From positions 8,183-72,182 of the forward strand of contig JAJDAK010000013.1 in NCBI GenBank assembly GCA_029261895.1: DNA of 64,000 bases, in the 5' to 3' direction. Origin of the DNA: Deltaproteobacteria bacterium (GTDB lineage: Bacteria > Myxococcota_A > UBA9160 > SZUA-336). A program made the position numbers and the translations under genes. The notes beneath the pieces are model-generated. The model saw only the letters and a program-made list of their open reading frames with translations, was not told the origin of the DNA and ran no database searches. This document shows, one piece after another, positions 9,342 to 18,200 of this stretch. Every line of letters begins with the position of its first letter. The stretch's first letter is position 1.

Positions 9342-9904
9342 GATTCGTCGCGCAAACGGATAGGACCGAACCAGTCAGGAAATTTTCCGATTTTGTCCGA
9401 ATAGAATACTCGTACGTCGTTCATCTCGTCGCGAAGATTCCCCTGCGGATGCCACTTCGGCCCGAAGCCGCCGCGTTTACGACGATAGTCCAGATACCCC
9501 ATCACGATCGGAACCTGCGCTTCTTTCGCCATGTGATAGAAGCCGGACTTCCAGTGCTGCGCATAGCCGCGCGTACCCTCTGGTGGCACCACGAGAACGA
9601 GTCTCTCGGAACGACGAAACACTTCTGCAACTTGCTTCACCAAGTCTTCCCGACGGTCACGCTGTACCGGCACTCCGCCGAGGCGCTTCATCAGACCGCC
9701 AACGGGCCAGGGGAAGAGCGTGTGTTTACCGAGCCAAGACAGCTGAATGTCGATCGTCCAGCCAATCGCGAGCAGATAGAAGAGATCCCAGTTCGAGGTA
9801 TGCGGGGCGGCGATGAGGATGCATTTGTCGGGGATAGAGCGGTCGCCTTCTAGCTCCCAGCCAGTAAGGTACAGGCACAGTCTCGCGAAGCCGCGCTTTA
9901 GCAT
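9338..9904 (-). CDS. lysophospholipid (1-acyl-sn-glycerol-3-phosphate) acyltransferase family protein
   Basis: 188 aa. It has the HX4D catalytic motif (HTSNWD) and a PEGTR block (VVPPEGTRG). Confidence 0.7.
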   Translation of the reverse strand: MLKRGFARLCLYLTGWELEGDRSIPDKCILIAAPHTSNWDLFYLLAIGWTIDIQLSWLGKHTLFPWPVGGLMKRLGGVPVQRDRREDLVKQVAEVFRRSERLVLVVPPEGTRGYAQHWKSGFYHMAKEAQVPIVMGYLDYRRKRGGFGPKWHPQGNLRDEMNDVRVFYSDKIGKFPDWFGPIRLRDES

Positions 9905-9977
9905 CTCCGAAGATTAGCACCTGCTGGGCCAACGTACGCGTATAATGCGAAACCCTGAGAAATGTTGGTGAAATCGT

Positions 9978-10982
9978 TTGAAAATTCTTGTTACAGGTGG
10001 CACCGGGTTTCTCGGATCCCACGCGGTTGAAGCATTCAAAGCCGCGGGGCACTGGGTGCGCGTTTTTGTACGGAACCCCGAGAAGGTGGAACGCGTTCTA
10101 GGAAGTCGCGGTATCGTTCCGGACGATATCTTCAAAGGCGACATCGCTGACTCCGCTACGGTTGCGCGCGCTCTTGAAGATTGTGACGCCGTGCTTCATG
10201 CCGCTGCGGATTTTGTCGGTGGCGATCAGATTCAAAGCACGAACATCGATGGCGTCCGAAATGTCGTCGGAACCGCGTTCGAACTGCATAAACAACACAT
10301 CATTTACATATCGAGCGTGGTCGTACTTTTTCCGCCGCCTGGGCCGACACTCGAAGCCAATGGGCCCGTCAGCGAACGACCGGTGACGGGCTACTCCGCC
10401 GCAAAGTCCGCAGGAGAAATCTTCGTTCGTTCGCTCCAAGATCAGGGCGCATCGATCACGACGTTTTATCCCAGCGCAATGTACGGCCCCTATGACCCCG
10501 GACCGACCGAAGCCCTCAAAGGGGTCCGGGATTGCCTGCGCTGGGTCTGGCCGGTCACCAGTGGAGGGATCAGTTTCGTCGACGTTCGTGACGTCGCGGA
10601 TGCCTTGGCGGCAGCGCTTCGACTCGAGCCCGGATCCAAACGCTTCTTGGTGGGTGGGAATTACTTTCCATGGGCTGAATACGCAGAACTCGGCGACCGT
10701 GTCACCGGAATTCACGGTCGGCGTCTTCGCCTGCCACCGACGCTGTTACGCATGGCAGGGCGTTTGGTCGATCTGATCAAGCGCGTTTCGAATTTCGACT
10801 ACCCGCTTACGCTCGACGCAGCCCAGGTCATGACGCGACTGGTTCCTTGCAATGACCAACCCACCATCGACGCGCTTGGGATCAAGTTTCGCCCCGCCGA
10901 AGAAACGCTTCGCGACACCATTCGCTGGCTCTACGAGTCCGGCGAAATCGACGTCAAGTTTATTGGCAAGGTATTGGACTAA
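9978..10982 (+). CDS. NAD-dependent epimerase/dehydratase (extended SDR)
   Basis: 334 aa with a TTG start. It has a Rossmann motif KILVTGGTGFLGSH and YSAAK (YxxxK). Confidence 0.8.
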   Translation: MKILVTGGTGFLGSHAVEAFKAAGHWVRVFVRNPEKVERVLGSRGIVPDDIFKGDIADSATVARALEDCDAVLHAAADFVGGDQIQSTNIDGVRNVVGTAFELHKQHIIYISSVVVLFPPPGPTLEANGPVSERPVTGYSAAKSAGEIFVRSLQDQGASITTFYPSAMYGPYDPGPTEALKGVRDCLRWVWPVTSGGISFVDVRDVADALAAALRLEPGSKRFLVGGNYFPWAEYAELGDRVTGIHGRRLRLPPTLLRMAGRLVDLIKRVSNFDYPLTLDAAQVMTRLVPCNDQPTIDALGIKFRPAEETLRDTIRWLYESGEIDVKFIGKVLD

Positions 10983-11347
10983 GCCGCAGCCTTGCGAATC
11001 TTTCTCTTCAGCTTGTGAATGTGACGGCGCACTTTTTTGAGCTCCACAGAGTCGTGTGCCTGCTCGGCAGCGTCGCGTTGCGCCTTGAGTGCACGAACCT
11101 GGGCTTTCAATGACGCCTTATCATCACCCGTCGGGAGTGGAGCCGATTTCTTATTCGCCGCCTTGGGTTTCGGCGCCGCAGCTGTTGGCGCGGCGCTGGC
11201 GCCACCCGTAGCGGCGAGAATCGCTGCGATCAAATCGCTCTTCTTCATACTCGAGTAGCCGGTGACAGCCTCGTGCTCAATTCCCTTCGCGATCTCGCGG
11301 AGATCCGCGACGGTCTTCGCTTCAAGATCCTCTGCTGTATGACTCAT
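10979..11347 (-). CDS. Rho termination factor N-terminal (SAP-like) domain protein with Lys-rich tail
   Basis: The track ORF runs to 11407. I prefer the ATG at 11347 (MSHTAEDLE...), which is preceded by GGGGGG. DLREIAKGI....YSSMKKSDLIAAIL matches the Rho_N helix-hairpin, and the C-terminus is basic (KLKRKIRKAAA). Confidence 0.55.
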   Translation of the reverse strand: MSHTAEDLEAKTVADLREIAKGIEHEAVTGYSSMKKSDLIAAILAATGGASAAPTAAAPKPKAANKKSAPLPTGDDKASLKAQVRALKAQRDAAEQAHDSVELKKVRRHIHKLKRKIRKAAA

Positions 11348-11459
11348 GGAATTCCCCCCGAAAGATTCGGCAGAAAATTGTAGGGATTTCATCCCTGACT
11401 TGCCCATCTATGCGGCGGCAGAACGACCGCATGTCGCATCTCGTTGTAAACTGGGGCCT

Positions 11460-12263
11460 ATGAAACTTGCTTTGTTGCCAGAAAATGGGTTGGTGGCACC
11501 TCACTACGCGGCGGATGTGGCGATGCTCGCAGAACGCCTGGGGTTTGAATCGCTTTGGTGTCTCGAGCAGGTGATTTTACCGAGCACGACTAAACTTTCG
11601 TATCCGTATTCGGGCAGTGAAAAGCTTCCGATCGAAGACCTGCCACTACCCGACCCGATCACCTGGTTGAGCTTTGCGGCCGGAGTAACGACGAAGCTTA
11701 AGCTCGGCGCGGGCGTGCTGATTTTGCCGCAGCGTAATCCGGTTTTATTCGCGAAGGAACTCGCCACACTCGATCAGCTGAGCGGCGGCCGCGTGTTGCT
11801 CGGTATGGGAATGGGCTGGCTCCGCGAGTCAGGACGGTCGAAAGAGATCGCCTTCGAACCACCCGCACTGCGGATGGATGAATACATAGAAGGCATGCAG
11901 CGCCTCTGGCGCGAGCCGCGTGCGAGCTACGCCGGTAAGCATGTCTTCTTTGGAGACGTGCGTGGGCATCCGCGGCCGGTCAAAGCAGAGATTCCGATTC
12001 TGATCGGCGGAAATTCTGTGGATGCTGTCGCTCGTGCGCATCGCTTGGGATACGGGCTCGCGCCGTTTGGCGCACCTACGTCGGAGATTGAAAACCTCAT
12101 ACGCAGTTCGCAGGTCCCAACGACATGTTTCGGTGCGCCGAATCTTGAGATTGCAAAGCGTTACCGCGAGCTGGGCGTCGATCGCCTGATCGTCCGCACG
12201 GATGAAACTGATCTAGAAACGCTTGAGCGTGAACTTAAGCGTTTCGCTACGGCGCTTGGATAG
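11460..12263 (+). CDS. luciferase-like monooxygenase (LLM) class oxidoreductase, probably F420-dependent
   Basis: The track ORF starts at 11346. I prefer the ATG at 11460 (MKLALLPE...). LGFESLW, LGAGVLILPQRNP...AKELATLDQLSGGRVLLGMGMGW is the LLM TIM-barrel core. The cofactor (F420 or FMN) cannot be decided by eye. Confidence 0.7.
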   Translation: MKLALLPENGLVAPHYAADVAMLAERLGFESLWCLEQVILPSTTKLSYPYSGSEKLPIEDLPLPDPITWLSFAAGVTTKLKLGAGVLILPQRNPVLFAKELATLDQLSGGRVLLGMGMGWLRESGRSKEIAFEPPALRMDEYIEGMQRLWREPRASYAGKHVFFGDVRGHPRPVKAEIPILIGGNSVDAVARAHRLGYGLAPFGAPTSEIENLIRSSQVPTTCFGAPNLEIAKRYRELGVDRLIVRTDETDLETLERELKRFATALG

Positions 12264-15200
12264 AGATCGAACCGTCTTCACCGTCTCCAAAGAAACCATC
12301 ACCACCCGTACTTGTCACCGCGCCGCCCACGCTCGCAGAAACGGATGCGTTAATCGCAATGCGACCTCCGCCACCACCGGTTCCGTCGGCACCGCTACGA
12401 TTCCCACCGTCCGCGCTGACGGCTCCGATGCCTGAATAGGTTTCAACAGCGAGGTTGACGGTACCACCCGAACCTTCACCCGCTCGGCTGCCATTGCCAA
12501 GACCACCGTTCGCTCGAATCGCGCCGTTGTTGATGACGTCGTCCGCGATGATGAGGATCCGTCCACCGCCGTCGCCGCCATCGGTGCCCCCAATTGCACC
12601 GCCACCACTGCCAAGGTCGACCGGGTTCAAGACGTCACCGTACACTGGATTGGGGACACCCGTACCAGCGCTAGTTCCATCTCCACCTAACCCGCCGTGG
12701 CTTCCGCCCGTTTGCGAGGTCGAACCCGTGGTAAATCCGACGGTGGTTCCGCTTTCGCTAGTGTCCTTGCCACCGAGGAACCCAAGTCCCGTAACATCAA
12801 TGGCGCTATTCGGATCGATCACGAGTGTGCCGGTCATCACATCGAGCTTGCCCGCGTAGCTATCGGACGTCTTTTCATGAGTGAGCCGGCCGAATTCCTT
12901 GAGGTCAATCGTGCCCGTCACATCGAGCTGGTCCGACGTATTGAGATGTCCACCACGGCGGAACTCGAGGTTGTCGAAGATGAAGTAACCTACGTATTCC
13001 GCACTAACCGATGCAACACTCGAAAAATCAACACCATTGCTGTTCGGTGTGATGACCGTGATCGAGTTTGCATCGTTTGACGTGATCTCGAAAACTTCAT
13101 CTTGCGATGTATCCGGGTTCACGAAGTTACCCACGAAGCCGTTGGCCAAGAACGGTCCGAGTGCGCCGTCGACGGTGAGCACATCACCCGTGACAGCCGC
13201 AGTGATTCCGGGTCCGATCAGCATCAGGTCGGTCGCAACCGGCCACGTGGCCCCGGGTGTGCCGCCATCGATGATGAGGTCACCAGCCAGTTGCTCGTTC
13301 GTATTCGTAACGATGGTTCCTGCAGCACCATCGGGACCAAAGAAACCATTCCCACCGAAAGCGGAGACGTTGCGCAGGCCACTGAGATCATCGGTTGCGT
13401 CGAGTGAATCCATGTAAATCGCAACGCGACCGCCGCCACCGGCCGTGCCATCGAAACCGCCACGGCTGCCGCCGTTCGCACGGATTTCACCCGTTCCCGC
13501 AAGCATGCCCGTGGTAATCCAAATCGAACCGCCTGAGCCTTCACCCGCGCGTGAGCCGTTACCGAGCCCGCCGTTGGAACGGATCGCCCCATCCACACGA
13601 AGCTCGTTGGTCACGATCAGACGCACGAAGCCGCCGCCGTCGCCACCGTCGGTGCCACCACTCGCGCCACCGCCACTACCGAGGAGGCTCGGGCGCTTGG
13701 GATCCCCATACACCGGATCCGGGAAACCACTGTTGCTATCGCCGTCGCCACCGATGCCACCGTAACTACCACCCACTTGATCATGTGTACCGGTAACGCC
13801 ACCCAGAGTTGTACCACGCTCGCTGCCGCTCTTACCGCCGCGATAGCCACGGCCCGTCACGTCGATTGCGCTACCGGCCTCAACGAAGATCGAATCTGCG
13901 TTGATCAACAATCCTGCTTCGCTCTGCTTTGCGTGCGTCAGCGTTGAGTTCCCGCGGATTTCCAATGCACCGCTCACACTGATGCCCGCTTCGCTCACCG
14001 TGTGCGCACCGTTCCTCAAGATGATGTTGTCGAAGCTAAACCCTGAAGGAATGATTGACGCGTCATCAGGCTCTGAGGTTCCGAAACCATCGATGATGAG
14101 ATCACCGAACGTCTGACCCGGGGTCTTTGTAAAGACGGTTCCGTTTCCACCATCGTCAAAGAATCCGTTGCCACCGAGCACGCTCACGTTGGTCAACGGC
14201 AGCGTCGCCGTGTTATAGCGCAGCGCGATGCGCCCACCGCCACCAGCGGTACCGTCCACGCCATTGCGACTGCCGCCGTCCGCTCGAATGACGCCCGTGC
14301 CGTCAAGTGACGTGGTTTGAATACCGATCGACCCGCCTGAGCCTTCGCCCGCTCGACTTCCATTGCCAAGGCCACCGTTCGAGAGAATCGCGCCATCGTT
14401 CACGATCTCGTTTGCATCGATGAAGATGCGACCGCCGCCGTCACCGCCATCAGTGCCGCCGCTTGCGCCGCCCCCGCTGCCGAGATCGATTGGGTCGGTG
14501 AGGTCACCGTAGATGGGGTTCGGAATAGAGCCGCCCCCAAATTTTCCGTCGCCCCCAAGCCCACCATAGCTACCACCGGCCTGATCCGTAGCGCCCAGGA
14601 CATTCCCGAGCGTTCTACCGGACTCGCTAGTCGCCTTACCACCAAGATAACCGCGAGCCGTCACTTCGATGCGACTGTTGGGATCAATCAGCAATCGATC
14701 CGTAGTGACATCAAGTGTCGCTTCGTACACGAGATTCGATTCTGGATGCGTGAGCAAGCCGAATTCCTTTAGGTCGATCGTGTCATTAACTCGGAGCAGA
14801 TCCGCCAAGATCAGATATCCGCCGCGGCGGAACTCAAGATTGTCGAAAATCCAAGAACCCGCGTAGGACGCACCTACGCCTGCAACCGATGCGAAGTCGA
14901 CGCCATTCCCATTGGGCGTGACGACCGTAATCGAGTTCGCGTCGTTGGAAGCAATCTCGAAGACCTCGGCCTGAACGATATTCGGATTCAGGTGGTGGCC
15001 AACAAAAGCGTTTGGCAGGAATCCTGGCAGCGTGCCGTCGACGGTTAGGCTGTTCGCGGTGACGGCTTGCGCAACACCAGGACCCATAGGTAGCAATGGC
15101 GTTCCATGAGTCGTCGTCTTAGACGACTCAGCATCATCGATGATGAGATCCCCATCGGATTGGCCCGTTTGATGCAGAAAGATCGTTCCGGCCGTGGCAC

Positions 15201-18200
15201 GCGCGAAGAAGCCGATCCCACTGAAGGCCGTGATGTTACGCTGACCGTTCAGGTCATCGAGCGGATCGATGAAATCGTACTCGATCGCGATACGGCCACC
15301 GCCACCACCGGTGCCGTCCACACCATTACGACTGCCGCCGTTCGCGGAGATCGTACCCACACCGGATAGCTTCGATGTGGTAATCCAAATCGACCCACCC
15401 GAGCCCTCGCCCGCACGACTCCCGTTGCCAAGCCCACCATCGGCACGCAACGCACCATCAACGTGGACTTCGTTGCTTACTATCAATCGGAGGTATCCAC
15501 CGCCGTCGCCGCCATCAGTACCGCCGCTCGCGCCGCCGCCGCTACCCAGTCGGTTCGGTCGCTTGGGGTTGCCGTACACCTGATTGGGGATTCCACCCCC
15601 ACCAGAGACGCCATCGCCTCCGAGTCCGCCGTAACTTCCACCTGACTGGGACGTAGAACCCAGAATATCGCCGAGTGTTCGACCCGACTCGCTGGTTGCC
15701 TTGCCACCACGATGGCCACGCCCCGTGACGTCGATCTCGGAGCCGAGCTCGACAATCACGGAATCCGCCGTGATCAGTAAGCCGTTGGGATCCTCGCTCG
15801 GATGCGTGAGTACAGAGTCACCCGTCAACAGTAGCGTGCCGCTTATCACGATCTTCGAACGCGCGATCACACGCGCACCATTGATGAGCGTGAGGTTGTC
15901 GAAGACCTGCCCCGCGGGCAACACGAGATCGGTAAACGGCGAGCCCGGGCCGACGCCGCTGATGACGAGATCACCGTCGACCTGGTCGTCCTGCTTCAGA
16001 AAGACGGTGCCGTCTGCGCCGTCATCGAAGAACCCATTGCCACCCTGTGCGGTAATGTTACCCAGGTTGGCGGTCGTCAAATCCAAGTACGAGATCGCGA
16101 TACGCCCGCCGCCGCCACCGGTACCATCGACACCATTGCGACTTCCACCATCGGCTTGGACGGTTCCCATACCCGAGAGCGTGCGCGTGGCGATGTTGAT
16201 ACCGCCGCCGCTGCCTTCGCCGGCGCGGGAACCGGCGCCCAATGCGCCGTTGCTTCGAATGGATCCGTCGACCGCGACGTTGATCGCGTTGAGCAGAAGC
16301 AGGCCGCCGCCATCACCTCCGTCAGTGCCGCCGCTTGCTCCGCCGCCACTACCGAGTTCCATCGGGTTAGTGAGATCGCCGTAGACGGGATTGGGTGTGC
16401 CACCACTACCGGAGACACCATCGCCGCCCAGGCCGCCATAGCTGCCGCCGGTTTGCGAAGTGGACCCTGGCACGTTGCCGAGCGTTTGACCCGACTCACT
16501 CGTCGCTTTACCTCCGAGATAACCGAGGCCCGATACATCGACGGAACTCGTCATATCGACCGTGAGCGTCCAAACGTCCAAGTCGAGCTCGAACTCGTCC
16601 ACGAGGTCTGTCTTGCGGTGCGTTAGTTTACCGCCGTTCACGATTTCGACGTTCCTAAAGGCGTGCGCGCCGACGATCGTGACCGTCGCACCATCGATAC
16701 GTATGTTTTGATCATCGAAGATCGGAGCCAGGATTTCCGTATCAAGGTTGAACGTCGCGACTGCGGTGCCCGTGCTGAAAGTCGTGGCCGGCAGAATGTC
16801 TGCGACTGGCTTGCCGATATTCGGATCGGTCATCACATCTTCGAGATTACCCGCGGCATCCACACCCAGCGTGAAGAATTCGAAGTCGCCGTCTCCGCCC
16901 ATGCGCGTGGAGTCGAATTCGATGGTTCCGTTAGAACCGCTCTGCGGTACGAACTCGCCGAGCGGATTCCCGCCCGCAGGGTCGGTAAAGCGGTTGAATG
17001 TGCCGATGCCGTCGCGCCTGAAGAAGAGCCGCACGTGATCGATGTCCGCGACGCCGTCCGTGATTTGGTAACCCACCGTCGTTGTCGCGGAGCTACCCGG
17101 ATTGCCAACGCTAATGACTTCAGTCATCGGTGGTGTGATATCCGCATCGGTGATCAGAATGTCGACCGGTGCTGCATCGGTTTCATTACCCGAGGCATCG
17201 CGGGCAAATGCCGTGATGCGAACATCGGGATCGGTGAGGCCGAAGGGCACGTCGAAGGTGAGCGTGGCGTTCGCATCGTTGCCCGAGACCACAATCGAGT
17301 CCGAGGTCACGAGTGCGCCTGAAGTATTGAAACCCACTTCCGCAAGTGCGACGTCATCCTGCGCGGTCACACGCAGGGTAACGGTATCGCCGAAATTAAA
17401 TTGCGTATCGGGGACGGGGCTTAAGAGTTGCACTGTTGGTGGCGTGTCATCGACCACCGTGAGGGAGATCGAATCGACCGGGGAAACGCCTCCGCTGGTA
17501 TCTTCAGTGAAGGCGTCGATGTCAATCGTACTGCTGATCGGCGCATTGGCGTCCACGTTGAAGTTGAAGAGCTGAATCGTATTTACGGACGGCGTTCCAA
17601 GGACTCTAACTTCACTGAACGTGGCGCTTCCCGTCACATCAACATCGAAGATGGAAACGCCGCCCGGCGCGTCCGTTCCCCGGACCGAAAGCGTAATCTG
17701 TTCGCCGCGTTCGAACTCCGCGCCGTCACCGGGCGATAGAATCTCAACGGTCGGCGGCGGATCGGACGCGATATCTACACTGACCGGGATCTCGATCGGA
17801 ATCTCACCGCTGCGAGATACGAAGACTGATGTGCTACCTTCGCCGATCGCGGTGACCAGTCCCGAGGTGTTGACCGTGGCGACACTCGGATTGCCGATGG
17901 AGTAAGCATTGCCCTCGGTGAGCGGCGAAGAGCTTCCGTCACTGAAAAATCCGGTCACACCGATCTGCACTGTCTGCTGCAGGAACGTGAACGAAATGGT
18001 GGTCGGAGCCACCGTGAACGAATCTAGCGTAACGACATCCACATTCACCGGGATCTGATCCATAACACCGTTCAGCGTAGCGCTGATGTTCGCCGTACCA
18101 TCGGCGATCGCGAGCACGCGACCGGTTCCGCTTACAGACGCAGCCGCGATATTGTCGGAGTCATAGGCCACTTGGTTGGTGACATCCGTAGACGATGCGT

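Noticed and set aside
12455-16384. Several long plus-strand ORFs (e.g. 12455..12859, 13445..13765, 15269..15583, 15701..16384) encoding Pro/Ser-rich proteins such as PPPPPVPSTPLRLPP
   Set aside because: They are mirror images of the GGN-rich codons of the minus-strand glycine-rich repeats (GGN read backwards gives NCC, i.e. Pro/Ser/Ala). They recur with the same 1.87-kb period and have no start context of their own.
12349-16527. GGxGxD-like strings (e.g. GGLGGDGVS, GGTDGGDGG) suggesting an RTX/T1SS substrate
   Set aside because: Matches to the nonapeptide are isolated, not tandem. The protein has an N-terminal Sec signal peptide, and no T1SS ABC/MFP genes are nearby.
12250-16719. Regular periodic repetition that could superficially suggest a CRISPR array or satellite
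   Set aside because: The period is 1.87 kb, the copies are diverged, and the whole span is one uninterrupted reading frame with protein-level conservation. It is a coding domain repeat, not a repeat-spacer array.
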